DNA from: Candidatus Cloacimonadales bacterium
GTDB taxonomy: Bacteria; Cloacimonadota; Cloacimonadia; Cloacimonadales; DAONDQ01
Assembly (NCBI GenBank): GCA_963662275.1
Contig: OY759316.1
Span: 1,376,001-1,440,000 of the forward strand
Reading direction: 5' to 3'
Length of the DNA stretch: 64,000 bases
Of this stretch, positions 21,707 through 32,135 are shown in pieces. Each line of letters begins with the position of its first letter. Position 1 is the stretch's first letter. The notes under the pieces were generated by a model. It was not told the origin of the DNA. It made no database searches and saw only the letters and a program-made list of their open reading frames with translations. A program made the position numbers and the translations under genes.

Positions 21707-21993
21707 TATTACTTATTAATAAATATGCCGAAGTTCTGAAGAAAGAAATAAGGATAGATGCTATTTATCTTTTTGGCTCATATTCTACCGGGAAAGCAGA
21801 TAAAGATAGCGATATAGACCTTTTAATTGTTTCACCGGACTTTACAGATGACATCGATTCTAATCACTTAACCCTTATGAGAGCACGAAGAGAAATTGAT
21901 TACAGAATTGAACCGCATCCTGTTAAATCAGATGAAATTAATTCTAATTACCTCTATGAAGTTTGTAAACAAACCTTGAAAAAGGTAATTTAG
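21676..21993 (+). CDS. Minimal nucleotidyltransferase (MNT)
   Basis: LFGSYSTGKADKDSDIDL (GSx10DxD); start set to ATG 21676. Confidence 0.9.
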   Translation: MAAFIDQNELILLINKYAEVLKKEIRIDAIYLFGSYSTGKADKDSDIDLLIVSPDFTDDIDSNHLTLMRARREIDYRIEPHPVKSDEINSNYLYEVCKQTLKKVI

Positions 21994-22316
21994 CATAGGT
22001 CTGATCTATACATTTTCAATCTTCTATTCTGTTTCCTGTTCTCTATAAGCTGTCACCTTCTACATCATTCTTAATTTTTAATTCTTAATTTGCCCCTAAG
22101 TACCCCTCGAATTACCAACATACTTGAAACTAAAAATCAGCTAGTCAGAAGATAACCAGGAACTAAAATACTTTAGGAGCTGGTTAGTACCTGGCTAGTA
22201 TCTGTTTATTATCTCATTTGAGTGCCACTTGTGTGCCATAAGTATTTCTCTTTTGATACAAAAAAAGATGAAAAATGATATGAACAAAGCATCTTCCTAA
22301 GAAAAACTAAGAAAGT

Positions 22317-22360
22317 CTAGATGATCCCTAGATAAAGCCTAGATGATTCCTAGATGAAAC
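22317..22360. repeat. Four degenerate tandem 11-mers (CTAGATRAnnC)
   Basis: ctagatgatcc ctagataaagc ctagatgattc ctagatgaaac. Confidence 0.75.
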
Positions 22361-22402
22361 TTACTTCATTGTATAACTGACTTCTTTATTGATTTATTGT
22401 CT

Positions 22403-22460
22403 CTTCTGCACCTAACACCTAGAACCTAGCACCTAACACCTAACACCTAGCACCTTCTGC
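22403..22460 (-). repeat. Heptamer array (GTGYTAG)x6 bounded on both sides by GCAGAAG
   Basis: Minus strand: GCAGAAG GTGCTAG GTGTTAG GTGTTAG GTGCTAG GTTCTAG GTGTTAG GT GCAGAAG; contains the stop codon of the C26 gene. Confidence 0.9.
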
Positions 22461-23138
22461 CAATTGCATCAAGTACTGAAAGATCGGTCTGCTGACATAC
22501 GGGTCTAAGATCCTCTCAGGATGCCATTGAATGCCTAGAACCATTTGTTCTGATTCGTACTCGATCGCCTCGATGGTTCCGTCTTCTGATTTCGCAACGA
22601 CCTGTAAGCCTTTGCCGATGTGCAGCGGATCGATCGCCTGGTGATGATTGGAATTTACTGTAATGGTTTCCTTATTGAAGATTTCAGGTAGCCAGCGTTC
22701 GCCTAGAATATGAATCGGGTGATACGTTTCACCTTCATGCACATCACGATTATCGATGTATTGTATCAGTTTCCCTCCGAAGTAGATGTTCATCAACTGC
22801 ATACCGGCGCAGATACCGAGGACGGGTATCTTCTTTTCTAAAGCGATTGTAAGCAGGAGATAGTCAGCATCCACACGTCGGGAATGAGCCAATTCAATAG
22901 CAGGATGCGGTTCCTGTCCATACAGGTGCGGAGGATAATCATTCCCGCCGATGATGATCAGCGCTCCGGCCATATCGAGGTATTGTTCCAGGTAGGAACG
23001 GTCAGCCAGGCAGGGGATCAGGATGGGCAGCGCTCCATTACTATAAAGCGCATCGACGTATTTTCCCCGGATATGATTCTGGTGATGCTTCCCTAATTTC
23101 ATATAATTCATACTGATACCAATGACGGGTAGTTTCAT
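22440..23138 (-). CDS. Gamma-glutamyl-GABA hydrolase-like protein (peptidase C26, class I glutamine amidotransferase)
   Basis: PVIGIS, LGICAGMQ (nucleophile), VNSNHHQ, GIQWHPE; start at MKLPV. Confidence 0.92.
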   Translation of the reverse strand: MKLPVIGISMNYMKLGKHHQNHIRGKYVDALYSNGALPILIPCLADRSYLEQYLDMAGALIIIGGNDYPPHLYGQEPHPAIELAHSRRVDADYLLLTIALEKKIPVLGICAGMQLMNIYFGGKLIQYIDNRDVHEGETYHPIHILGERWLPEIFNKETITVNSNHHQAIDPLHIGKGLQVVAKSEDGTIEAIEYESEQMVLGIQWHPERILDPYVSRPIFQYLMQLAEGARC

Positions 23139-23232
23139 GATCGCCTCTTTTATGCTATTGATGCAGGCATACAGCCCATGAGAGGGGTGGGATGTCAAGG
23201 ATTTGCTGTACCATAGCTTTGTAAGCTGTTAT

Positions 23233-23505
23233 GTTGTCGGGTTTGAAACCCGATAACGATGGAAGAAGCAGACTCCGAGGTTACAAACCATCGGGGAAAA
23301 CAAGATACAATCTTATGTTACAATTGACATAGCACCCACTTCAGCGGGTATCTGAATCATGCAACGCTGTAACATACATTGGCAATGTGTTGTAACTGAC
23401 AATGGTATTGTCAGATTCTTATTCGTGGATTACCAATCCACACATCACAAAGTGCGTTGGATGAAGTTCGAAAGAAGAAAGGAATCGGGGATTACCAATC
23501 CCCTC
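23233..23505. repeat. Cluster of short palindromic (REP-like) units
   Basis: gttgtcgggtttgaaacccgataac, ctgacaatggtattgtcag, gtggattaccaatccac, ggggattaccaatcccc. Confidence 0.65.
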
Positions 23506-23725
23506 ATAAAACAGAATACCATTCTATGTTACGAAACAAACCAATCCGGTAGGATGAAAGATGATAGACCATGGTGTGAACCACTGGAATGTATTGATTA
23601 GCATGAAGATAGGTAAATAACTACGTATTTTGAAAATTCTCTTGACGTAAACCAAGAATAATTATTTTCTTAAAAAGGATTGACTAATACTAGTGGGAAC
23701 ATAATAAGTTAAGTCGGAGGTTCAG

Positions 23726-25306
23726 ATGGAACTTTTATCATTAAAAGAAGCAAGTGAATGGGCTTCTTCATATCTACATAAGAATGTAACTACTTCCAAT
23801 ATTGGCTATCTGATTCAATATGGCAAAATAAAGCGCATCAATGAAAATGGCTCCACTTTAGTTAATAAAGATGAACTTCTTAGTTATTATACATCATATT
23901 ATGGCAAAAGAGAATTGAACTGGAAAGACAAGCTTGGAGATGATCTTGATTGGCATCTTTCCTTTGACTATTTGAAAGAAGCTGATACTACAAAGCATGT
24001 TCATCGGTTACATCCATATAAAGGGAAATATATCCCACAATTAGTTGAGTATTTCTTAGATGATCATACTGATGAATTTAAAAAGGACGTCTATTTCCAT
24101 AGTGGTGATATCATTCTTGATCCGTTTTGCGGAAGTGGCACTACTCTTGTACAAGCAAGTGAATTAGGAATGCATGCAATTGGAATTGATATTTCAGCAT
24201 TTAATACTTACATATCCAATGTTAAAATAGGAACTTATGACCCAAAGCTCTTGTATCAAACTCTAAGAAGCATAACCGAAAAACTACAATTATTTGTGTT
24301 GAATTCGAAAACTGTAGAATTTGAGAATCGACTTTTAGCGGAACTTTCTTCATTTAATAAGATATACTTCCCATCTCCTGAATATAAACATCAGTTGCGA
24401 AATAAGGAGATTATTGAAGATGAATATGGAACAGAAAAGGAAAAAGAATTTTTACCAATTTATCAAGATTTGATTGATGAATATCACATAGAATTAAATT
24501 TAGAGAATCCATCTAACTTTTTAGAGAAATGGTATTCGAAACATGTGCTTTCCGAAATCAATTTTGTATTTGATTTGATTAAAAAGATTGAAGATAAGCA
24601 AGTAAAATACATTGCTGGCTTAATATTGAGTCGGACAATAAGATCATGTAGAGCCACTACTCATTCTGATCTTGCTACTTTAGTAGAACCTGTGACATCA
24701 ACATATTATTGCTCCAAGCATGGGAAGATATGTAAACCGCTATTTTCTATTGTAAGTTGGTGGGATAGATATAGTAAGGACACTTTTTATCGTCTTGAGC
24801 AATTTTCGCATTTACGTACTCATACATTCCAAAAGTGTCTCTGTGATGATTCTCGAACTGTTGATATTCAATCTTTATTGTTAACTAAATATCCTGCTTT
24901 TGGTGAATTGGTAAAAACACAGAAGATTGCAGGTATCTTTTCAAGTCCCCCGTACGTTGGGTTGATTGATTATCATGAACAACATGCTTATGCTTATGAC
25001 CTTTTTAGATTTGAGCGTAAGGATAATCTTGAGATTGGTCCGCAATTCAGAGGGCAAGGTAAAGATGCCAAAGAGGCTTATCTCAATGGTATTTCGGAAG
25101 TATTGCTGAATTGCCGTAAATTCATGAAAGATAACTTCGATGTATTCCTGGTTGCTAATGATAAATACAATCTATATCCAAGAATCGCTGAAAACGCTAA
25201 TATGAAAATTGTGAATCAATTTAAACGACCTGTATTAAATCGGACTGAAAGAGATAAAAATGCATATTCAGAAGTGATATTCCATATGAAGGATTTATTA
25301 TTTTAA
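23726..25306 (+). CDS. Type II amino-methyltransferase (probably m4C) with an N-terminal HTH
   Basis: HPYKGK, ILDPFCGSGTT (motif I), SSPPY (motif IV); N-terminal LSLKEAS..YLIQYGKI HTH-like segment. Confidence 0.9.
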   Translation: MELLSLKEASEWASSYLHKNVTTSNIGYLIQYGKIKRINENGSTLVNKDELLSYYTSYYGKRELNWKDKLGDDLDWHLSFDYLKEADTTKHVHRLHPYKGKYIPQLVEYFLDDHTDEFKKDVYFHSGDIILDPFCGSGTTLVQASELGMHAIGIDISAFNTYISNVKIGTYDPKLLYQTLRSITEKLQLFVLNSKTVEFENRLLAELSSFNKIYFPSPEYKHQLRNKEIIEDEYGTEKEKEFLPIYQDLIDEYHIELNLENPSNFLEKWYSKHVLSEINFVFDLIKKIEDKQVKYIAGLILSRTIRSCRATTHSDLATLVEPVTSTYYCSKHGKICKPLFSIVSWWDRYSKDTFYRLEQFSHLRTHTFQKCLCDDSRTVDIQSLLLTKYPAFGELVKTQKIAGIFSSPPYVGLIDYHEQHAYAYDLFRFERKDNLEIGPQFRGQGKDAKEAYLNGISEVLLNCRKFMKDNFDVFLVANDKYNLYPRIAENANMKIVNQFKRPVLNRTERDKNAYSEVIFHMKDLLF

Positions 25307-25348
25307 TAAGTAGTATTTGAAAAAACAAAATTTGAAAGGGAAGGAAAG

Positions 25349-26131
25349 ATGTTAACAACTATTCAGGTCATGAATATTGAAGATGTTTTAAGAAGAAGCT
25401 TGAGAAACAAATTTCAAAACTACAATCCTGAACCAGCAGTAATGCCTTTCCATACAAGATTACTTGGTAAGGATAGGCTTGCATTGTATTCCTTTATTCA
25501 TTCTTTGAATACTAATTTTGGAACAAGTATTTTCGAACCTGTCGCTAAGGCATTGGCTCTAAATAATTTCGTATCAGCTACTTCACAGCAGATCTCAGGG
25601 AATCAGATTTCATCTGAAGCTCATAATATAATTCAAGATATAATGGATGGGTTAGATATTTCAAAAAAAATCTTACCCAATAAGATAAATGAAATAGATG
25701 CTATTCGACAAGTTTGTACAAAAGGAGTTATGAAAGCTGTAAAGCCAACGAGAGTTGATTTGAAGTTAGTCTCCGAAGATGGTACAATCTATCTCATAGA
25801 TATTAAAACCGCTAAACCTAACGCTGGTGGCTTTAAAGAGTTCAAAAGGACACTTCTAGAATGGGTTGCAACAACTCTGGCTTCAAATCCTGAAGCAGAT
25901 ATTCATTCTTTTATTGCGATACCATACAATCCATATGAACCAAAACCATACAGTAGATGGACAATGAAAGGAATGCTTGATCTTGATTATGAACTAAAAG
26001 TAGCAGATGAATTCTGGGATTTTCTTGGTGGTGAAGGTTCTTATAATGAATTACTGAATATATTTGAAAGAGTTGGTATTGAATTAAGACCAGAAATTGA
26101 TGCTTATTTTAGTAGGTTTCAATTAAGATAG
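25349..26131 (+). CDS. Type II restriction endonuclease, TdeIII/MjaII-like family
   Basis: PFHTRLLG, SLNTNFGTSIFEP, VDL..IDIKTAKPN, AIPYNPY, EFWDFLGG; directly downstream of the MTase. Confidence 0.85.
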   Translation: MLTTIQVMNIEDVLRRSLRNKFQNYNPEPAVMPFHTRLLGKDRLALYSFIHSLNTNFGTSIFEPVAKALALNNFVSATSQQISGNQISSEAHNIIQDIMDGLDISKKILPNKINEIDAIRQVCTKGVMKAVKPTRVDLKLVSEDGTIYLIDIKTAKPNAGGFKEFKRTLLEWVATTLASNPEADIHSFIAIPYNPYEPKPYSRWTMKGMLDLDYELKVADEFWDFLGGEGSYNELLNIFERVGIELRPEIDAYFSRFQLR

Positions 26132-26878
26132 TTAACTTTGGGGTTGTTTTCCAGAGTTAAATTCAACAATTTTGTTCCAATTAATTGAGTAATCAGAATT
26201 GCAGAATGATTTAACAAATTCTACGGTTAGTTTATTTTGCATTTTCGCAAAGTCTTGCAGGTAGAAATCATCCTTATTGTTAAACAGATTATGAATTGGT
26301 CCTAAAATATCTGTATATAGTGATGGACTTCCAGAAATAAACTCCCAAAATTCTTTACCACAATACTTATTATAAGCATCTTTACTCATTCGGTCATTCT
26401 TTCCGTAGAAACAACCAATGATTGCAACTACATCAAGTGCTGGATTGTTTGTTTTCCATGTTAGAATTGCTGTTTTAAAATCATCACTTTGCTTTTTTTG
26501 ACTTTGAATGCTACTTTCCCGATCCAATCCAGCAACTATTGAAACAAGATAGTGAATGCCATTTGTATCAAATTCAAAATCGATATTCGGGATATTTGAT
26601 TTTTTACCATCATAAACCATTTCACTAATTAAGATAGCTAGTCCTTTTAACCAATTATCCAAGTATGTTTCTTCAATTATTGACATGTGAGAATCAAGCA
26701 TAAATGTAATCACATCATAAACCATGTTTATATTTTTGGCTGTAAACCAATAAGGATTCTGTTCTTGTAAAATATCAAACAATGTTATTGTATTAAGCTC
26801 TGATATGCGTCTGTCGTTGAAGGTAGTTATGTTCTCTTCAGCACATTGATAAATCATTTTCAAATCAATTGTTTTCAT
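26132..26878 (-). CDS. PmeII/EcoO109I-like restriction endonuclease homologue, apparently degenerate
   Basis: NPY, EET, IDFEF..YLVSI, GCFYG, KYCGKEFWEFISG, INWNKIVEFNSG. The family SIKSG motif (recalled) reads SIVAG here. Confidence 0.75.
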   Translation of the reverse strand: MKTIDLKMIYQCAEENITTFNDRRISELNTITLFDILQEQNPYWFTAKNINMVYDVITFMLDSHMSIIEETYLDNWLKGLAILISEMVYDGKKSNIPNIDFEFDTNGIHYLVSIVAGLDRESSIQSQKKQSDDFKTAILTWKTNNPALDVVAIIGCFYGKNDRMSKDAYNKYCGKEFWEFISGSPSLYTDILGPIHNLFNNKDDFYLQDFAKMQNKLTVEFVKSFCNSDYSINWNKIVEFNSGKQPQS

Positions 26879-27051
26879 GTTTACTATCTCCAAGATATAA
26901 GTATATTTTACGTCCGGTATCATAACCATCTTTGTAATAAAGCATATTGAATCCCCTTAATTAGGTATAGTGAAATTATATGAATCAAACGTGTCAAACA
27001 TAATTTTAGTATATCTCAAACGATTCAATATGAAATAAATAAAACAAGAAA

Positions 27052-27758
27052 CTAATTAATTATCCCTTTCATCTCCTCCATCCTCAACCAAGGTCTTCTT
27101 CTATGCAGCATACGATGGCAATTGGAGCAAACGAGAGCAATGTCTTTGATAGCAGTTGTTGTTATTGATTTGTAATCGGAGAGTGGTAGAGTATGGTGGC
27201 ATTCAATATATCCTTTGCCTAATTCTCCATAGGTTTTGGGAAACTGAAGCCACAGATCTCACAGTAGAATTTATCAGAGAGCAGGGCTTTGTTTTTAGCT
27301 TGGGTGATGAGCTTGCTGTTTCTTTCCCAGTAACGATGGATGCGATAGAGCACATTGCCTTCTGGGAAGTCATCTTCTTCAGGGTCTGCTACTCGTATTT
27401 TGTCATCTTTGATCTGTTGTGAGATGGTTGCGATGATACTCTCTGAAATATCCTTCAAGTATTGAACGTCTCCTGCAAACTGATTCCATATTTCTTCTTC
27501 CATTTGATTGCCAGCTTTTAAGCCAATACCTTCATAAGTAGGGTCCAAGCGTTTCAGGTTTTGGAGCTTCAAATAAATGGAATTGATACTCCTGAATGTA
27601 TCATCGTGGGGAAGAGCCAGGAATTCAGCTCTTTTCCTGAGAAGTTGGCTTAATTCAGCGATTGCAGGTTCTGTTTTGATATTCCGTGCTCTTTCATTCT
27701 GCATATACAGGTACAACGCGAGGATCAGTTCATCACGTTGCCAGGGTATTTGACGCAT
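27052..27758 (-). pseudogene. McrA-like HNH endonuclease split by a -1 frameshift near 27235
   Basis: Frame 1: WQRDELILAL...FPEG...ERN...CEICGFSF. The -1 frame continues KTYGELGKGYIECHH...LVCSNCHRMLH to a stop at 27052. Confidence 0.85.
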
Positions 27759-27900
27759 ATTCATCTCCAATGTAAGGATTCATAAATGGGGTCATACCGG
27801 TATGGAAGTCAAGATTTTTTGGGTAGAAGCTCAATATTGAAGATCAGCGGAAGGTTTGTGGCAATTAACCTTTCTTTCATCCCATAGGGGTGGTCTTTCC

Positions 27901-28000
27901 ATAACGCTCGGGTGTAAACCCTGCGAAGTAGTCAAGATGTGTCGCCCCAACGGGCTTTTCTTGTCTGGCTCATAACGCCGGGTTTACACCCGAGCGTTAT
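27901..28000. repeat. Inverted pair of palindromic REP-like units
   Basis: ataacgctcgggtgtaaaccc (27901-27921) and its exact reverse complement gggtttacacccgagcgttat (27980-28000). Confidence 0.85.
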
Positions 28001-28008
28001 AGACAGAA

Positions 28009-29903
28009 TGGAGATGTCCCGAAACTAGCATGATTTTATTTTCTTCTGTTGTAAAATATGTGATTGTTTTTACAGGCAAACTAAATTACTCAATAGTTTC
28101 CGAAAAGCGATGCAAAGACAAGGAAAAACGGAGTAATATTTACCTAATTCATGTTTGAATTCTGGTAGGAAGAGTCTTCATCAGGCTTTTCCTTCAGTAT
28201 TTTGTAAGTGCAGAAACATTTTCCCTATATTATGTCCTAAAAAGAGGAGGGATAACTGTTCCTTGCATTTTCTCAATGAACGGACAGTAAATCTCTCAAA
28301 CTTCCTGTTCCACTTCATGAAAGCAAATACAGCCTCCGGTTCGATGCCTCTTTGCTTTCTCAGCTTGTCGCCTTTTTCAGAAAGCAGATTATTGACTGTC
28401 TGACGTTTTAGTGGAGCTATATGAGGATCGTAGGTCAGTGATTTATGAGTTTTATCCTTGTAGGGAATACACTTTTTATTGTGAGGACATTCTCTGCAGT
28501 CATTACATATATAGGTTTTCACGATTCGTTTCGGACCGTTCTTCTCTGTCTCTTCTTCCTTGATTTTGACCAGTCTCCGATTAAATTGACAGACCCACTC
28601 ATCATGCTCCTCATCATAGCTGAAGCCTGTCAGAAGAGAGTCCCGATAATCTCTCTTATAATCCTGGGTCTTGAGATAGCTTGTTATCTCTTTTTCAGCA
28701 GCATAATTCAAATTCAGCGCAGTGCCATAGGCAGCATCTCCAACAACGTCGGTAGGATATTGTCCCAATTCATCATGCATTTGCTCCATGAGATTGGGAA
28801 ATTCAACGGTTTCTTTAGGGATATTGAATAAGTGAATGCCTGTGACAAATTGCTCTGAAGTTCCGATACTGGCAACATAACCCGGTGCCAGCTGTCCATT
28901 TTTCAATCGCATAAATGTGGCATCATTATCAGTCTTGGATGTGCTGCTGCGTCCTTCTCCAATTATCTCAAGCTGTTGCTCATATTTCTCCAGCTTAGTT
29001 ATATCATTGCTCTTTGATTTGGAGATTTCGCGCAAAAGAGATTTGATTTTCTTGATAGCCCGAGTATCTGACGGATGATTTTTCTGTAGTCGGGACATTG
29101 CTTCTTTCAGCTTGTTTTCTGCTGAGACCAGTCTATCTCTGATCTGTTCAGATGCGACTGTAGCAGTTTTCTCTGATTCAACCGCATGCAATTGCTCACC
29201 AAGCTCAAGAAGATCAGCGGTTCCATATTGCTGTTGCTCTTCCTGATTATATTCCTCGATCTTTTTAAACAATCCCTCAACTCGTGTCTTGACCAGTTCC
29301 TGATAACGAAGCGCATTGCTTTTCCAGATGTAGGAATTCTTGCCGGCATTTGCGTGAATCGTCGTCCCGTCAACAAAACAGGTGTCGAGATCAAGATATC
29401 CTAATGATGATGCTTTCAGTACTACCTGATAAAATACATCAATAAGAATATCAGAACACTTAGTCCAGGCAAAGGTGTTGATCGTTCTGAAATCAGGTTC
29501 CTGTTCTCCTGCCAGCCAGATAAAATTGATGTTCTCCCGAACAGCCTTAGCTATCTTCCGACAGGTATAAATACCATTGATATAGGCATACACAATGATC
29601 TTCAACATCATCTTGGGATGATAAGCAGGTGTACCTTCATCAGAGTATCTTGTGTATAGCTCAGATAAGTCCAGTTGCTCAACGACATCGTTAACATAAC
29701 GAACCATGTGCTGGGGAGGTATTCTCTCTTCAATATTAAGTCCATAGAGTGTCCCCTGATTCGGATTGTGCTCTCTGAAATTCATAATTCTCTCTATGCT
29801 TAGTTTTTAAAGGCAACAATACACCCTATAACAATATGTCAAGTAATATGATTAATATTTAATAGTTGCTATTTTTCTATCATTTAGTTTCGGGACATCT
29901 CCA
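28009..29903 (-). mobile_element. IS1182 family insertion sequence
   Basis: Perfect 19-bp terminal inverted repeats TGGAGATGTCCCGAAACTA (28009-28027 / 29885-29903) around the transposase; no clear target duplication. Confidence 0.9.
28181..29785 (-). CDS. IS1182 family transposase
   Basis: AYHPKMMLK, PDFRTI, VDGTTIHANA, TDNDATFM, GDAAYG, C-terminal Cys cluster, RGIEPEAVF. Confidence 0.95.
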   Translation of the reverse strand: MNFREHNPNQGTLYGLNIEERIPPQHMVRYVNDVVEQLDLSELYTRYSDEGTPAYHPKMMLKIIVYAYINGIYTCRKIAKAVRENINFIWLAGEQEPDFRTINTFAWTKCSDILIDVFYQVVLKASSLGYLDLDTCFVDGTTIHANAGKNSYIWKSNALRYQELVKTRVEGLFKKIEEYNQEEQQQYGTADLLELGEQLHAVESEKTATVASEQIRDRLVSAENKLKEAMSRLQKNHPSDTRAIKKIKSLLREISKSKSNDITKLEKYEQQLEIIGEGRSSTSKTDNDATFMRLKNGQLAPGYVASIGTSEQFVTGIHLFNIPKETVEFPNLMEQMHDELGQYPTDVVGDAAYGTALNLNYAAEKEITSYLKTQDYKRDYRDSLLTGFSYDEEHDEWVCQFNRRLVKIKEEETEKNGPKRIVKTYICNDCRECPHNKKCIPYKDKTHKSLTYDPHIAPLKRQTVNNLLSEKGDKLRKQRGIEPEAVFAFMKWNRKFERFTVRSLRKCKEQLSLLFLGHNIGKMFLHLQNTEGKA

Positions 29904-29904
29904 G

Positions 29905-30077
29905 TGGACGTGCGAAGAATGAGCAGATTGGTCTGCGGGTGCGTACCTACATATTATTCCAGGAAGGACTTCATGGGCTAAAGGGGTAGCGTCCTGCGGA
30001 CTGCTAGTACAATTACGAATTAGAATTATGATCCCCGATCAGGTCGAGGATGACATGATTACGAATTGCAGAGCAGA
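29905..30077. repeat. REP-like hairpins plus AATTAnn heptamer-like units ending in GCAGAG
   Basis: atccccgatcaggtcgaggatgac hairpin embedded in aattacg aattag aattatg ... attacg aattgcagag. Confidence 0.6.
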
Positions 30078-30170
30078 GGTTCATTATTGAGAGTTAAGAT
30101 AGGCATTGACAAAATCATTTGTTACTTAAAACATTAGTCATAAATTAGAGTACGGGAAATAGGAGTGGCG

Positions 30171-30638
30171 ATGAAAAAAACAGTGTATTTGGATTCTACA
30201 ATTCCAAGTTTCTATTTTGAAGAAAGAACAGAATTCCAATATCAGAGAGAAATAACAAAGAAATGGTTTATGGAAGAATCACAGTTCTTTGATATCTATA
30301 TTTCTGAGGAAACGATTGCTGAGCTTTCACAAGGGAATTATCCTAACAAGAGAATGATACTCGACTTTATTCAAGAATTCACTGTTTTGGAACATGTTTC
30401 TGATATAGATAATGTCGCAAGCATATATATACAGAATTTTTTAATGCCAAATGATGTTTTTGGTGATGCTATCCACCTTGCATATGCTTCTTTCTATCAA
30501 ATAGATTTTTTATTGACATGGAATTGTAATCACTTAGCTAATGCAAATAAGAAAAAACACATTAATATTATTAATACAAGAATGGAATTAAGTATTCCTG
30601 AATTGATAACACCATTAGAATTATTTACCGAGAAGTGA
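30171..30638 (+). CDS. PIN domain (VapC-like) protein
   Basis: VYLDSTIPS, ETIAEL, DAIHLA, LLTWNCNHLAN. Confidence 0.9.
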   Translation: MKKTVYLDSTIPSFYFEERTEFQYQREITKKWFMEESQFFDIYISEETIAELSQGNYPNKRMILDFIQEFTVLEHVSDIDNVASIYIQNFLMPNDVFGDAIHLAYASFYQIDFLLTWNCNHLANANKKKHINIINTRMELSIPELITPLELFTEK

Positions 30639-30647
30639 GACGGAAAT

Positions 30648-30836
30648 ATGAGTAAGAGATTAGATCCAGTATCAGAGAAAACCAAGATACAAAAAAAGAT
30701 ATCTCAAAAAGCAAATTCAGATGTTAAAAAATTCTCTGAGATTATACATGATGAAGTAAAGGATGTTCAAGCAAAGTATCATATTGTCTTCAAATACGGT
30801 AAACCAGGATCATCGGGGAAAGAGAAGAAGAACTAA
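30648..30836 (+). CDS. Small basic protein, probable partner/antitoxin of the PIN protein
   Basis: 62 aa, starts 9 nt after the PIN stop; role inferred from context only. Confidence 0.6.
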   Translation: MSKRLDPVSEKTKIQKKISQKANSDVKKFSEIIHDEVKDVQAKYHIVFKYGKPGSSGKEKKN

Positions 30837-31259
30837 GAACGAAGAGTGAAGAACTTACATAAATTAAGATTTAAAAATTACAGAAACTGACTTTTACAAC
30901 CTGAAAGAAATTATGCATCTGCCCTGGCGTAGAAGCCAGTTCCATTGCCAACTTAAAGCCTCCTTTGACAATTTGCAACTATAATTTGCAATCTGTCAGG
31001 AATTGAAAGTATCGTGCTGACGAAACGGATTTCCGGTCATAAATCCCTACAACAGAACAGAGCATCAAACTCTCTCGAAAAGATGGGCGTACTTCCGCAC
31101 GCCCCTACTGCCACCCTCTCTTCATCTGAAGCGAGGGATAGAGCAGACAAATAGGTATTTATCATTTAAATGCATTTTTGGAAGCTTTTTTGCAGTATAC
31201 TTATTCGTCCTTTGAGCATCAATAGATTTATGAATACTTTATAAAAGGGGTAATGTAAT

Positions 31260-31718
31260 ATGAAAGATACGATTACTCTCCAATCCCAATGGCTTATCAA
31301 AGCTCCCCTAGCTGATGTGTTTAGCATCATGACTGACTTTGAAAAATGGCCTGAGTATTTTCCGAAAGTTGCAGAATCTATACAAGTCATAAGGCGTGAA
31401 GAGAATAATTTAGAGTTAAGCGCAACCGTCAGATCGTTCGGGCAAGAGTTTCCAGTGAAAATGAAAATCCGTATCCTCCCTGGCATAGGGTTTATTTCGG
31501 ATAATGAAAGTCCGAAATTTGGAACTTCTGGTCACGAAGAACTTCTACTCTCTGCATGTCCGGAAGGAACCAATATCGATTACACTTATCAGGTTACTAT
31601 CCATAAACGCTGGCTCCGTATCGTTGCACAACCACTGATTGGCTGGTTTTCCATGAAATATTGGAATAAGGCTGTCATATGTGAGCTAAGAAAAAGGGTG
31701 GAAACAAGTCCAAATTAA
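31260..31718 (+). CDS. SRPBCC (START-like) family protein
   Basis: IKAPLADVFSIMTDFEKWPEYFP N-terminal motif. Confidence 0.85.
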   Translation: MKDTITLQSQWLIKAPLADVFSIMTDFEKWPEYFPKVAESIQVIRREENNLELSATVRSFGQEFPVKMKIRILPGIGFISDNESPKFGTSGHEELLLSACPEGTNIDYTYQVTIHKRWLRIVAQPLIGWFSMKYWNKAVICELRKRVETSPN

Positions 31719-32057
31719 AAATTAAAAATAAAAGATTAAAAAATTGGCAGGAATGGAACACTTCACCCCGTGAGGTGGCATAACGCACCCCGTGCGTTTT
31801 GGAATCAAGACAGATGAAACAAATGGAGTATTAAACCACAAAACATTCGAACAACACGAAAGCAGAAGGTGCCAGGTACCAGTTTCAGAGAAGAGCAGAC
31901 AGCAGGAACGGAATCCTACTCCACAACCGCGTGAATGCAGAGCCACGATTCAGCAGGAACAGCGTCCTACTTTACATATCATAAGATCGGAATCTTATGC
32001 CATATGAATCTTATGCCACGACATTTCTGAGGATAGACCAATGGGTCAATCCCTACA
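31712..32057. repeat. AATTAAA heptamer array followed by a REP-like mosaic
   Basis: The heptamers supply the SRPBCC TAA; followed by copies of units seen at 2566-2793 and 34964-35096. Confidence 0.85.
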
Positions 32058-32135
32058 ATTGAATTCTTACTTGACATGTGTACAAATGCAATAACAATAA
32101 TAGATATGAGTTAATTCAATTTATGGGGAGGTTTC

